A DNA stretch of 64,000 nt from Planctomycetota bacterium (GCA_015075515.1 JABTUE010000001.1:1013001-1077000); one strand, 5' to 3'; numbered from the stretch's first letter, positions 9,383 to 19,578 are shown. Made by a program: numbers and translations. The notes: generated from the sequence alone by a model not told the origin.

Positions 9383-10705
9383 TTGACGGATAGAGAAAAC
9401 CTTACACAGCCGCGCTATCCTGCGGCTATGACCATGCCACGGCACGTACCCCCGGCCGAAGCGGTGGCCGAGATTTCCAGCGGCCAGCGCGTGTTTATCG
9501 GCAGCGGCGCCGCCGAGCCGGAAAGCCTGGTGCAGGCGCTGACCGCCCGCGCGCGTGAACTGCGCGACGTGAACCTGCTGCACATCCTTACCCTGGGCAG
9601 TGCCCCCTATGCCGCGCCCGAACACGCCGCCAGTTTCCGCCACACGGCGTTTTTCATCGGCCCCAACGTGCGCCAGGCGGTGCAGGACGGCCGTGCCGAT
9701 TTTGTGCCGATCTTTCTGAGCGAAATTCCCGCGCTGTTCGAGCGCCGCATGACACCGGACTGGGCGCTGGTGCAGCTCAGCCCGCCCGACCGCCACGGCT
9801 GGTGCACCGTGGGTGTCAGCGCCGATGTCGTGATCGGGGCGCTGCGGCATGCACAGCGCGTGGTGGCTGAAATCAATCCGCGCATGCCGCGCACGCACGG
9901 CGATACGGTGATTCACCTGTCGCGCCTGCACGCGACCGTGCAGGTTGAGCGCGAACTACCCGAATTGAAGCCCGAACCGATAGACGAGGCCAGCGCCGCG
10001 ATCGGCCGCCATGTGGCGGGCATGGTGGACGACGGTGACTGTCTTCAGCTCGGCATCGGCACCATTCCCAACGCCGTGCTGCGCGAACTGCGCGGGCACC
10101 ATCACCTGGGCCTGCACACCGAAATGATGTCCGACGGTGTTGTCGAGCTGGCGCGCTGCGGGGCGCTGGATTGCTCGCGCAAAAGCTACCGGCCCGGCAA
10201 GGCGATCTGCAGCTTCGTGATGGGCACGCGGCGGTTGTACGACTTTGTGGACGACAACCCGTTTGTGAACCTGCTGGGCAGCGATTTTGTGAACGACCCG
10301 GCGATCATCGCCCGCAACGACAACCTGGTGGCCGTCAACAGCGCGCTTCAGATAGACCTGACCGGCCAGGTCAACGCCGACAGTGTTGGCGTGCGGCCCT
10401 ACAGCGGCATCGGCGGCCAGGTGGATTTCATCCGCGGCGCGGCGCGTTCGCGCGGCGGCAAGCCGATCATCGCCCTGCCCAGCACCGCCCGCGGCGGCGA
10501 AGTCAGCCGAATTGTGCCCACGCTGCTGGAGGGCGCGGGCGTTGTGACCTCGCGCGGCGACGTGCGCTTTGTGGTCACCGAATACGGCGTGGCCGACCTG
10601 TACGCCAAAGGCACGCGCCAGCGCGCCCGGGCGCTGCTCGAAATCGCCCACCCGAAGTTCCGCCCCGACCTTGAACGCCGCGCCCTGGAGTTGAAACTGC
10701 TGTGA
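9383..10705 (+). CDS. Acetyl-CoA hydrolase/transferase family protein (4-hydroxybutyrate CoA-transferase-like)
   Basis: 440 aa with family-typical segments (GIGTIPNAVL, DLTGQVNADS, GIGGQVDF). Alternative starts lie at 9428 and 9434. Confidence 0.85.
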   Translation: MTDRENLTQPRYPAAMTMPRHVPPAEAVAEISSGQRVFIGSGAAEPESLVQALTARARELRDVNLLHILTLGSAPYAAPEHAASFRHTAFFIGPNVRQAVQDGRADFVPIFLSEIPALFERRMTPDWALVQLSPPDRHGWCTVGVSADVVIGALRHAQRVVAEINPRMPRTHGDTVIHLSRLHATVQVERELPELKPEPIDEASAAIGRHVAGMVDDGDCLQLGIGTIPNAVLRELRGHHHLGLHTEMMSDGVVELARCGALDCSRKSYRPGKAICSFVMGTRRLYDFVDDNPFVNLLGSDFVNDPAIIARNDNLVAVNSALQIDLTGQVNADSVGVRPYSGIGGQVDFIRGAARSRGGKPIIALPSTARGGEVSRIVPTLLEGAGVVTSRGDVRFVVTEYGVADLYAKGTRQRARALLEIAHPKFRPDLERRALELKLL

Positions 10706-11556
10706 TGCGCAACGCCCTGCTGCTGATTGCGATACTCGGGGTTCTGCCGGCCTGCGGGTCCGGCAATGCCCCCGGTGCCGCCAACGCCAACGCCGACACC
10801 AACACCCCGGCGCTGACACCCCGCATGACCCCCGACGAGGCGCGCGCCGGCCAGTCCCGCGACGCGCTGGCCCGTGCCCGCGACCTGCGCCGTGACGGCA
10901 AACTCGAGGCCGCCATCACCGAGGGCGAACTGGCCGCCGAGCTGGACCCGGCCAACGGCATGGCCTTTGCCTGGCTGGGCGATGCCTACACCGAGGCCGG
11001 CCGACACCTGGAGGCCGCCCGCGCGCACCGCCAGGCCGCGCGTCTGGCCAAAGATGAACGCGACCGTGCCGACCAGACCTACCGCGCCGGCGGCGCCTCG
11101 CGCGCCGTGGCCCGGGCCGCCTTCGCGCGGGGGCATTACAAAATGGCCGCCGAGCACGCCCGCGACGCCGTCAAGGCCAACGAACTGGACGCCGAGGCCC
11201 GGCGTGTGCTGGCCGATTCGCTGTTTCACGCCGGCCTGCACGCCGAGGCCCGGCCCGAATACCAGCGCCTGGCCGACGAATCCGCCGCCGCCCGCCGCCA
11301 GGAAAATCTGTACTGGGTGGGAGTGTGCGGCCTGTACCTGAAGGAATACGAGGCCGCCGAGGCGGTGTTTTCGACCCTGATCAAGGAAGGGTACAAGGAC
11401 GGCGACGTGTACCTGTGGCGCGGACGTTGCCGGTTTTCGCGCGGCGACCGTGCGGGCGCCCGCCAGGACCTGCGGCTGGCCATGGAGTTTGCCACCAGCG
11501 ACGAACAGCGCCAGGCCGCCCAGGACTTTCTGAACGAACTGGAAAAGGGCGAATGA
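10702..11556 (+). CDS. TPR-repeat lipoprotein
   Basis: Lipobox LIAILGVLPACGS. The rest is Ala/Arg-rich helical TPR-like repeats. ATGA overlaps the upstream stop. Confidence 0.75.
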   Translation: MMRNALLLIAILGVLPACGSGNAPGAANANADTNTPALTPRMTPDEARAGQSRDALARARDLRRDGKLEAAITEGELAAELDPANGMAFAWLGDAYTEAGRHLEAARAHRQAARLAKDERDRADQTYRAGGASRAVARAAFARGHYKMAAEHARDAVKANELDAEARRVLADSLFHAGLHAEARPEYQRLADESAAARRQENLYWVGVCGLYLKEYEAAEAVFSTLIKEGYKDGDVYLWRGRCRFSRGDRAGARQDLRLAMEFATSDEQRQAAQDFLNELEKGE

Positions 11557-12263
11557 CCCGGCGCGTCGGCGCAGCCAACGCCAGCGTGGCCGCCGAATAC
11601 GGCGTGCCGTGCCTTGCGGATGCCGATCTGGTGCTGGAGCAAAGCCGGGGCCGTCTGCAGTTGCGCGACACCCGACCCGGCGCGCCGGGGCCGATCTGGG
11701 CTGATTTTCCGGCCCCGGCCTCGGACCGGCGGCTTCGGGCCGGACGGGGTTTGCTGCTGGCGCGTGCCTGCGGGGTGCGCAAGGGCCGGCCGCTGCCTTG
11801 TGTGCTGGACGCCACGGCGGGCCTGGGCCATGACGCGTGGGCGCTGGCCGGTCTGGGTTGTCTGGTCACGGCCGTGGAACGCGACCCGGTGGTATCTGCC
11901 CTGCTGCGCGACGGTCTGGCGCGGGCGCGCGCCGAGGCGCCTGACACCGCCGCGCGCCTTGAACTGGTGCACGACGACGCCGTGCGCGTCATGACGCCGG
12001 GGCGATTCTGGGACGTCGTGTACCTGGACCCGATGTTTCCCGATGTCGGCGCCACGGCGCTGCCGGGCAAAGAGATGCAGTACTTCCGCGCGCTGCTGCC
12101 CCACGCGCGGGATGACGCCGGCCTGCTGGATCGCGCGCGGGCCTGCGCGACGGGGCGCGTGGTGGTCAAGCGCGCGCGTCTGGCCCCGCCGCTGGATCCG
12201 CGGCGCGACGCGGACGTAACCTTTGAAGGCAAAAGCGTGCGGTTTGACGTCTACCTGGCATGA
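11553..12263 (+). CDS. rsmJ: 16S rRNA (guanine1516-N2)-methyltransferase RsmJ (YhiQ family)
   Basis: Matches conserved RsmJ blocks VLDATAGLGHDAWALAGLGC, VYLDPMFP, KEMQYFRAL, RVVVKRARLAPPL. ATG at 11553 overlaps the upstream stop (ATGA). The longer ORF from 11325 is rejected. Confidence 0.8.
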   Translation: MTRRVGAANASVAAEYGVPCLADADLVLEQSRGRLQLRDTRPGAPGPIWADFPAPASDRRLRAGRGLLLARACGVRKGRPLPCVLDATAGLGHDAWALAGLGCLVTAVERDPVVSALLRDGLARARAEAPDTAARLELVHDDAVRVMTPGRFWDVVYLDPMFPDVGATALPGKEMQYFRALLPHARDDAGLLDRARACATGRVVVKRARLAPPLDPRRDADVTFEGKSVRFDVYLA

Positions 12264-12862
12264 ACTACCTGGCTCATCTGGTGCTGGCGGACAACACGCC
12301 CGAGTCGCTGGTCGGGAACCTGGCGGGCGACTTTGTGGGCGGTCTTGGTCTTGGCGAGGTGCACCCGTCGCTGCGCCCCGGCGTGGAACGCCACCGGGCG
12401 GTGGACCGCTTTACCGACAGCCACCCGGTCACGGCGCGTTCGCGAGCCCGTTTGCAGGCCCGGTGGCGGCTGTTTTCGGGGGTGCTGGTGGACGTTTTTT
12501 ACGACCACTTTCTGGCGCGCGACTTTGAACGCCTGGCCGGCGAGCCGCTGGCCCGGTTTGCCGGGCGCGTGTACGCGGCGCTGCAGAGCCAGGCGGCCGT
12601 GCTGCCGCCGCGGCTGGCCAAAGCGGCGCCGGTGATGATCCGGCATGACTGGCTGGCCGCCTACGCCGAACTGGATGGCGTGGCCGTGATTCTGGGCCGC
12701 ATGGCGCGGCGCACGCGGCGCGGCGCCGAACTGGCCCGCGCGGCCGAAGACCTGCGCGACCACTACGCCGCGCTGGCCGCTGACTTCAACGAATTCTTCC
12801 CCCAACTGTGGCAACAATTCCGGCCCGATACCGGGCCGGCCGGAATCCGCGCGCCGTTTTGA
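12260..12862 (+). CDS. acpH: Acyl carrier protein phosphodiesterase
   Basis: The N-terminus MNYLAHLVLADNTPESLVGNLAGDF matches the AcpH MNFLAHLHLA signature. ATGA overlaps rsmJ. Confidence 0.8.
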   Translation: MNYLAHLVLADNTPESLVGNLAGDFVGGLGLGEVHPSLRPGVERHRAVDRFTDSHPVTARSRARLQARWRLFSGVLVDVFYDHFLARDFERLAGEPLARFAGRVYAALQSQAAVLPPRLAKAAPVMIRHDWLAAYAELDGVAVILGRMARRTRRGAELARAAEDLRDHYAALAADFNEFFPQLWQQFRPDTGPAGIRAPF

Positions 12863-12939
12863 CGAAAGTTCGCGGCCCCACATTCCGTTTTAACAGTGGG
12901 CCGGCAGGGGCCGGCGGTCGAAGACCGCGGGAGTGTGCC

Positions 12940-13740
12940 ATGCCGCAGCGACAGAACATCACCGTGGGCGACCTGCGCCGCGCCCTGCGCGCGTACTGGC
13001 GTCATGCCTGGCCGGGCGGGTCGGCCTGCCCGCCGATGCCGCATTGGCGGGGCCTGCGCCTTTGCCAGGTGCTGGCGACATTCGAGGACGAATCGGGGCC
13101 CTGTCCGCGTCATGTGCTCCGGCTTGGCAACCACGTCTACCCGCACATGAAGTTCGCCGTCGAACAGGGCCTGTCCGGCGGCGATTTCTATTTTGTCGCC
13201 GATTGCCACGATTCCGCGCCCTGCCCCGCGGCCGATGACCCGGCCTGGGTCGCCCTGCGCACCCGCAACCGCGAGATCAAACAGGCGATTGAGGCCGCCT
13301 GGCACGCCGCCGGTTTGCCCACCCTGGCGGTGCTGGCCCGCGCCGCCTCCGACAGCGCCCGCGGCCTGCGCCCGCGCGGGCGGCGCATCCTGCTGGTGGA
13401 CGATGAACCGGCCAACCTGGAACTGTGCGGCGCGATTCTGCGCACCGACGGCTTTGCGATTGCCAGCAGCACCAACGGGGCCGACGCAATTGAACAGGCG
13501 GCGGCCACCCGCCCCGATCTGGTGGTCAGCGACTACGAGATGCCCGGCCTGACCGGCCGCGACGTCGCCCGGCAGATCAAGGCCATGAATGAAACCCGCT
13601 CGGTGCCGGTGCTGATCTGCACCTATGCCGATCTGTCCCTGGGCGAGTTGCGGCCCGCCGACGCGGTGCTGCGCCGGCCCTTCAGCGTCGAGGCGCTCAA
13701 GGACGCGGTTACCCGGCTGGTGCCCTGCGAGGACGCATGA
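12940..13740 (+). CDS. Response regulator with a C-terminal receiver (REC) domain and an N-terminal Cys/His-rich domain of unknown function
   Basis: The REC domain runs RILLVDDEPANLEL...DLVVSDYEMPGLTG...VPVLICT. The N-terminal roughly 150 aa are rich in C/H (CPPMPHW, CPRH, HMKF, DCHDSAPCP). ATG at 12940. Confidence 0.7.
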   Translation: MPQRQNITVGDLRRALRAYWRHAWPGGSACPPMPHWRGLRLCQVLATFEDESGPCPRHVLRLGNHVYPHMKFAVEQGLSGGDFYFVADCHDSAPCPAADDPAWVALRTRNREIKQAIEAAWHAAGLPTLAVLARAASDSARGLRPRGRRILLVDDEPANLELCGAILRTDGFAIASSTNGADAIEQAAATRPDLVVSDYEMPGLTGRDVARQIKAMNETRSVPVLICTYADLSLGELRPADAVLRRPFSVEALKDAVTRLVPCEDA

Positions 13741-13943
13741 CCGACGGACTGCCACGCCTGCGCCGCCCGCTGCGCTATACCATCCGCTGCCACGGTTGCC
13801 GCGCCGAGCTGGAGATCGCGCCCGAGGAGCTCGATCAGCGCCTGGCGGTCTGCGGCCGCTGCGGACAGGCCAACCCTACACCCGTGTACGCGCTGCTGTC
13901 GGGGCGGCGCCAGTCCCAGGGAACGCCTGAAACTGAAGCCTGA
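13737..13943 (+). CDS. Small zinc-ribbon protein (CxxC...CxxC)
   Basis: 68 aa with CHGCRAELE...CGRCGQANP. ATGA overlaps the upstream response regulator stop. Confidence 0.4.
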   Translation: MTDGLPRLRRPLRYTIRCHGCRAELEIAPEELDQRLAVCGRCGQANPTPVYALLSGRRQSQGTPETEA

Positions 13944-13977
13944 GCCGCCGGCCTGCCGATACAGGCTGCGGTGGCCC

Positions 13978-14841
13978 ATGCGATGGTGGTGGCTTTGTCT
14001 GTTGTTCTTTACGCCGGGGCTGGCGGCGATGGACGCCGACGGCTGCCGCTTTGCCCGGCGCGTGCTGCTGGATGAATCCGCGCGCCGGCACCTGGGCGCC
14101 GAGGTCGGCGACCTGCGCCAGATCACGCACTGCACCGTGCTGCGCGCCGATTTTGACGCCGACGGCGCCGACGACCAGGCCGCACTGGTACGCAACGGCA
14201 AGGCCTGCGTGCTGGCCCTGTTCGGCGCTGACCGGGCGTCGCCGACGGGTGTGCGTCTGTGGACCAGCGAGCCCGAGCCCGTTGTGGCGGTGCTGGTGGT
14301 GGCCGGCCGCGCCTGCGTGCGCGTGGAAACCGCGCGACAGGAACGGTCAGCGGGGGTCGAAACAGCGATCCGGCACTGGCAGTGTGTGGTCTGGCGCCGG
14401 GGAGACTGGCAGCCGGTACTGGAGTTTGAACAGTCGCGCACCACGATCGGTGCCGGCGGCCGGGTGGTGCGCCGGTGCACGCGCGAAATTGAAGTGTCCG
14501 GCGCGACAACCGTGCTGGTTGCCCGCGCGGCGGACCTGCTGGACGACAAGGTGCTGGAGGGCAGCGAGACCTGCCGCCGTTCGTCGCTGGCGTGGGACGC
14601 CGACGGCGCGCTGCAGATCGGCGCGCCCGACAGTGCGGATGTTCCTGTGGCCACACGCGTCCAGATTGCCCGCACGCTGGAACGCGAGGGTCTGGTCGCG
14701 GCGGCGCTGGACCAGGCGGCCGACGCGCTGGCCCAGGCCGAACGCGAAAAGCTCAAACCGAACGATTCCCGGCTGCTGGATGCCCAGGCGCTGCGCCTGC
14801 GCCTGCTTGGCCGCCTGCCGGCGGCGGCAGTGCAGCGTTAG
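13978..14841 (+). CDS. Hypothetical exported protein
   Basis: N-terminal hydrophobic segment MRWWWLCLLFFTPGLAAM. No recognisable domain. Confidence 0.45.
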   Translation: MRWWWLCLLFFTPGLAAMDADGCRFARRVLLDESARRHLGAEVGDLRQITHCTVLRADFDADGADDQAALVRNGKACVLALFGADRASPTGVRLWTSEPEPVVAVLVVAGRACVRVETARQERSAGVETAIRHWQCVVWRRGDWQPVLEFEQSRTTIGAGGRVVRRCTREIEVSGATTVLVARAADLLDDKVLEGSETCRRSSLAWDADGALQIGAPDSADVPVATRVQIARTLEREGLVAAALDQAADALAQAEREKLKPNDSRLLDAQALRLRLLGRLPAAAVQR

Positions 14842-14844
14842 CCG

Positions 14845-15942
14845 TCAGGCGAAGTCGCGCAGACGGATCGGCCGGCGTTTGGCGCCCCAGGCGCCGGGCG
14901 CGGCCTCGAAGTGCCCGGCGCAGGGCGTGCCGCAGCGGTTGCATCTGCCGTCGGGTGTCAGGTTCCAGTCGCCCAGCACATACCAGTCGCGGCCGATCAG
15001 CCTGTGGCCGCAGCCGTGGCAGTACGTGCTGCCGCCCTCGGGGTCGTGCACGTTGCCGGTGTAGACGTAGCGCAGTCCGTGCGACAGGGCCACGCGCCGC
15101 GCCCGGGTCAGTGTGCTTTCCGGCGTGTGCGGGATGTCGGTCATCCTGAAATCGGGGTGAAAGGCCGTGAAGTGCAGCGGCACGTCGGGCCCCAGCTCGC
15201 GGGTGTACCATTCGCTCAGGCGGTGCAGTTCGTCGTCGCTGTCGTTTTTGCCGGGGATCAGCAGGGTCGTGACCTCGAACCACACCGGCGTTTCGTGCCT
15301 GAGGTACTTCAGCGTGTCCAGCACCGGCTGCAGGTGGCCGATGCACACGCGCTGGTAGAAGTCCTCGGTAAAGCCCTTCAGGTCCACGTTGGCAGCGTCC
15401 ATATGGCGGTAAAACTCGCGCCGTGGCGCGTCGTTGACGTAACCCGCCGTTACGGCCACGGTCTTGATGCCCTGGTCGCGGCAGGCCCTGGCCACGTCAA
15501 TGGCATATTCGTGAAAGATCACCGGGTCGTTGTAGGTAAACGCCACACTGCGGCACTGGGTGCGCCGGGCGGCGCGGGCGATGACTTCGGGTGTGGCCTG
15601 GTCCAGCAGCGTGTCCAGTTCGCGCGATTTGCTGATGTCCCAGTTCTGGCAGAAGCGGCAACCCAGGTTGCAGCCCGCGGTGCCGAAGCTGAGAATCGGC
15701 GTGCCGGGCAGAAAGTGGTTCAGCGGTTTTTTCTCGATCGGGTCAATGCAGAAGCCGCTGGAGCGTCCGTAGCTGGTCATCACGATGGCGCCGGCCCGGT
15801 TGGCCCGCACGAAACAGAAGCCGCGCTGGCCGTCAGCCAGTTTGCACAGGCGTGGGCACAGGTCGCACTGCACGCGCCCGTCGGGCAGGGGCGACCAGTA
15901 TTTTGTCGCGACAGTCGAGGCCGGGTCGAAGGTTTCGGGCAT
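14845..15942 (-). CDS. AmmeMemoRadiSam system radical SAM enzyme
   Basis: Starts at internal ATG 15942; extension to 16131 is rejected. It has the characteristic N-terminus YWSPLPDGRVQCDLCPRLC...GFCFVR and the radical-SAM CxxxCxxC within GTAGCNLGCRFCQNWDIS. Confidence 0.8.
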   Translation of the reverse strand: MPETFDPASTVATKYWSPLPDGRVQCDLCPRLCKLADGQRGFCFVRANRAGAIVMTSYGRSSGFCIDPIEKKPLNHFLPGTPILSFGTAGCNLGCRFCQNWDISKSRELDTLLDQATPEVIARAARRTQCRSVAFTYNDPVIFHEYAIDVARACRDQGIKTVAVTAGYVNDAPRREFYRHMDAANVDLKGFTEDFYQRVCIGHLQPVLDTLKYLRHETPVWFEVTTLLIPGKNDSDDELHRLSEWYTRELGPDVPLHFTAFHPDFRMTDIPHTPESTLTRARRVALSHGLRYVYTGNVHDPEGGSTYCHGCGHRLIGRDWYVLGDWNLTPDGRCNRCGTPCAGHFEAAPGAWGAKRRPIRLRDFA

Positions 15943-15965
15943 GGTTGACCAGCCTGCCGCGCGGG

Positions 15966-17174
15966 TCAGTTCTGGAACACCGGCAGATAGCCGCGCGGGA
16001 TACTCAGCACCAGACACGCCATGGCCGTGGCAAAGGCGTTGGTTTTGGGGTCCCAGCCTCCGATTTCGTCGGTCCAGGCGCCATTGGCGTGCTGCAGCTT
16101 CAGGAAGTTTTCGCGGTTCTGGCTGTGCCATTCGTGCCAGGTGCGCGGGCTGACAAACTGGTACTGGTGCATGGCCTGGGCGGCGTAGTAGTGGCCGTAC
16201 CAGAACCCGTAGTTGCAGATCGCGCTGCCCGGCGCAAGCCCGCGCGGCGAGCTGTCGGGGCGGTTGTTCTGCAGGTAGGTGATGCTGCGGTTGAGGTCCA
16301 GCGTCAGGCGCACCATGCCGGTGACGCCCTGCACGTCATAGCTGTGCGTGTCGTACTCGCCCATGCTCTGCAGCGCCACGATGCCGGCCGCCGTCAGCGC
16401 AAACGTGCTGCGGCCGTCCCAGTCAATCTGGTACTGAAAGCCGCCGGCCTGGCCGCGCGTGATGTAGCTCTTGCGCACGTAGTCCTTGGCGGCTTCGATC
16501 ACCGAATGTGGCACGATCACACCCACGTTGGCCGCGGCGCGCAGCGCCTGAAGCTGGCACACGCAGATGGACATGTCGCTGTCCTGCTGGTTGGGCACAT
16601 AGCGCCAGGCGCCCTGCTGGTTCTGGCTTTTGACAATGAACTGAATCGCGCTGCGCAGCTTGCTGAGAATCACCGGGTCGTGGGTCATGCCGTAAACTTC
16701 GGCCAGGCACATGCTGCAGAACGCGTGTTCGTACATGCGCGTGCCGTTGGCCGAAATCCAGCCGGTTTCCGGGTCCACGTTGCTGATGATGAAGTTGATG
16801 CCCGCGGCCACATGCCGCTTGAACTCGCCGCGGTCGGGGGTGTGGCCGGCGGCCATGAACGCCATGCAGGCAATCGCCGTGACGCCCAGGTGCGGCCGCC
16901 CGATGCCGTCACGGTTGACCTGGTAACGGTGCCCCAGCTTGTTGCCCACGTCGTTGCTCCAGGACCCGTCGTTGTTCTGGATCGAGGCCAGGTGCTTCAG
17001 CCCGCGCTGCACCGCCGCGCGCACCACCATGTCGTTGGGCGTCGGGCGCGGGTCGCGCGTGGAGTCCGACTCGGCCGGGGCGCGCAAAGGCGCGTCCTGG
17101 GCCAGCGCCGCAAAGGTGAAACACCCGGCCGCCGCCAGGCCGAGTACCATTGTGGTTGCCCAACTGCGAATCAT
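15966..17174 (-). CDS. Secreted prenyltransferase/squalene-oxidase-repeat (alpha/alpha toroid) protein
   Basis: Signal peptide MIRSWATTMVLGLAAAGCFTFAALAQD. Repeats read NNDGSWSN, QNQQGAWRY, HANGAWTDE (QxxxGxW-type). Confidence 0.7.
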   Translation of the reverse strand: MIRSWATTMVLGLAAAGCFTFAALAQDAPLRAPAESDSTRDPRPTPNDMVVRAAVQRGLKHLASIQNNDGSWSNDVGNKLGHRYQVNRDGIGRPHLGVTAIACMAFMAAGHTPDRGEFKRHVAAGINFIISNVDPETGWISANGTRMYEHAFCSMCLAEVYGMTHDPVILSKLRSAIQFIVKSQNQQGAWRYVPNQQDSDMSICVCQLQALRAAANVGVIVPHSVIEAAKDYVRKSYITRGQAGGFQYQIDWDGRSTFALTAAGIVALQSMGEYDTHSYDVQGVTGMVRLTLDLNRSITYLQNNRPDSSPRGLAPGSAICNYGFWYGHYYAAQAMHQYQFVSPRTWHEWHSQNRENFLKLQHANGAWTDEIGGWDPKTNAFATAMACLVLSIPRGYLPVFQN

Positions 17175-17289
17175 GGCACACTCCGTTCGGGGTCACCGCC
17201 CCTCAGTATACGAACGAGAACAGCCCGGAGTTACCCAATCGTCCCACAACCGGCGGTCTTCATGGCAAAGCAAGCTATTCTGGCCGGTC

Positions 17290-19548
17290 ATGGACCTGCT
17301 TTCCGACCTGAACCCCGAACAGCGCGATGCCGTCACCTGCATCGAGGGCCCGCTGCTGGTGCTGGCCGGCCCGGGCTCGGGCAAGACCCGCGTCATCACC
17401 ACCCGCATTGCCTGGATGATCAGCCAGGGCATCAAACCCTGGCACATCCTGGCCATGACGTTCACCAACAAGGCCGCGGCCGAAATGAAGCAGCGCGTGG
17501 AACGCTGGCACCCCAATGCCGGCGCCCAGGTCAGCACCTTTCACAGCTTCGGGGCGTTTCTGCTGCGGCGCGAGGCCGAAGCCCTGGGCTATGCGCGGGA
17601 TTTCACGATCTACGACACCGACGACCGGCTGTCGCTGGTGCGCCGGATCATGAAAGAAAAAAGCATTGACGCGGCCTTTGTCAGCCCCGGTGCCGCGGCC
17701 AACCTGATCAGCGACGCCAAGAACCGCGGCATTTCCGCGCGCGATTTTGCCGCCGGCGCCTATGACCCGAAACTCAAGGCCGTGGCCGACGTGTTTGCCG
17801 GCTACGAACAGGCGCTGGCCCGCCACAACGCGCTGGATTTTGACGACCTGCTGGTCAAGCCGCTGGAGCTGCTGCAGAAGAACCCCGAGGTCCTGGAAAA
17901 ATACCGCCAGCGCTTTCTGTATGTGCTGATTGACGAATACCAGGACACCAACGCCATCCAGTACGGACTGTCCCGGCTGCTGTCGGCGACCCACCGCAAC
18001 CTGTGCGTGACGGGCGACCCGGACCAGAGCATTTACTCGTGGCGCGGGGCCGATATCCGCAACATTCTTAACTTCGAACGCGACTTTCCTGAAGCGCGCA
18101 CCGTGGTACTGGGGCGCAACTACCGCAGCACGGCCAACATCGTGAAGGCCGCCGACGCCCTGGTGGCGCGCAACCTGACGCGCAAGCACAAGCACCTGAC
18201 CACCGACAACGAGCCCGGCCGGGTGATTTCCGTGCTCAAATGCCAGGACGAACAGCACGAAGCCCGCAGCGTGGCCGAGACGATTGAAACCATCACCCGC
18301 GACGGCCAGGTGCGGCGCGGCGACGTGGCGGTGTTCTTTCGCACCAACGCGCAAAGCCGCGTGCTGGAACAGGCCATGCGCGAACGCAACCTGCCTTACC
18401 AGTTGATGGGCGCGGTCAGCTTCTACCAGCGCCAGGAAATCAAGGACGTGCTGGCGTACCTGCGTCTGATTCTGAACCCCCGCGACGCCGTCAGTTTTGC
18501 CCGGGTGCTGGAACGGCCCGCGCGCGGCGTGGGCGACGGCACCGTAGCCAAGCTGGTCGAGGCCGCGGTCAAGTCCGGCCTGTCGCCGCTTGATGTCGCC
18601 GCCGATCCCAAAGCCCACGGCGTCAGCCGCGTTCCGGCCCGCGCCCTGCAGGGACTGAAGGAACTGGCCGACATGTACGCGCGGCTGGCCCGCCGCGACC
18701 TGTACCCGATTGAAGACGTCGTGCGCACCGTGATCGTGGAAAGCGGCTACGAACAGATGCTGCGCACCGACGTGGACCCGCGGTCGCAGGAACGCCTGGA
18801 AAACGTCAACGAACTGGTTTCCGACGCGCGCACCCGCCAGCAGGAACAGCCCGATATTGACCTGCGCACCTGGCTGGAACAGGTCGCCCTGGCCAGCGAC
18901 ACCGACCGGCTGGACCTGGCCGCCGACAGCGTCAAGCTGATGACCCTGCACAGCGCCAAGGGGCTGGAGTTCGACGCCGTGTTTCTGACCGGCCTGGAAG
19001 AAAACGTCCTGCCCCATGCCCGCAGCGTGCAGGGCGACGGCGATGTCGAGGAAGAGCGCCGCCTGTGCTATGTGGGCATCACCCGCGCCCGCAAACTGCT
19101 GACACTCAGTCTGGCGCGGCACCGCGAGGCCTTCGGCCGCGCCCAGCGCAACAGCCCCTCGCGCTTTCTGCACGAGATTCCAACCGAGCTTACCGCCGTG
19201 GACGACCGCGCCGACACCGCCGCCTGGGGCGGCCAGGACTTCGCCCGCTGGTTTACCGGCCGGGCCGCCAGACCCGCCACGCGCCAGGACGACAACGACG
19301 ACCCGTTTGATTTTGGCGACCTGCCGCCGGTGGAAGACGGGCCCGCCGACCACCTGGCCGCCGCGACACCCCCGCCGGTGGTGCCCGCCGACCCGCGCCA
19401 GTTGCAGGCCGGTGACCGGGTGCGCCACGGCGTGTTCGGCATCGGCAGGGTGCTCGAGGTAAACTCGACCGGGAGGGTCAAGGTGCACTTTCAGGGCTGG
19501 GGCGAAAAAAGCCTGGCGCTGGAGTTCGCCAGGCTGGAGAAAATGTAG
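17290..19548 (+). CDS. ATP-dependent DNA helicase, UvrD/PcrA family
   Basis: ATG at 17290; the longer ORF from 16939 is rejected. Motifs include Walker A AGPGSGKTRV, the MTFTNKAA-AEM block, the DEYQDTN motif, and a UvrD C-terminal Tudor-like tail RVRHGVFGIGRVL. Confidence 0.9.
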   Translation: MDLLSDLNPEQRDAVTCIEGPLLVLAGPGSGKTRVITTRIAWMISQGIKPWHILAMTFTNKAAAEMKQRVERWHPNAGAQVSTFHSFGAFLLRREAEALGYARDFTIYDTDDRLSLVRRIMKEKSIDAAFVSPGAAANLISDAKNRGISARDFAAGAYDPKLKAVADVFAGYEQALARHNALDFDDLLVKPLELLQKNPEVLEKYRQRFLYVLIDEYQDTNAIQYGLSRLLSATHRNLCVTGDPDQSIYSWRGADIRNILNFERDFPEARTVVLGRNYRSTANIVKAADALVARNLTRKHKHLTTDNEPGRVISVLKCQDEQHEARSVAETIETITRDGQVRRGDVAVFFRTNAQSRVLEQAMRERNLPYQLMGAVSFYQRQEIKDVLAYLRLILNPRDAVSFARVLERPARGVGDGTVAKLVEAAVKSGLSPLDVAADPKAHGVSRVPARALQGLKELADMYARLARRDLYPIEDVVRTVIVESGYEQMLRTDVDPRSQERLENVNELVSDARTRQQEQPDIDLRTWLEQVALASDTDRLDLAADSVKLMTLHSAKGLEFDAVFLTGLEENVLPHARSVQGDGDVEEERRLCYVGITRARKLLTLSLARHREAFGRAQRNSPSRFLHEIPTELTAVDDRADTAAWGGQDFARWFTGRAARPATRQDDNDDPFDFGDLPPVEDGPADHLAAATPPPVVPADPRQLQAGDRVRHGVFGIGRVLEVNSTGRVKVHFQGWGEKSLALEFARLEKM

Positions 19549-19578
19549 CCGCAAGCCGGTTACGGGCCGGGCACCACC

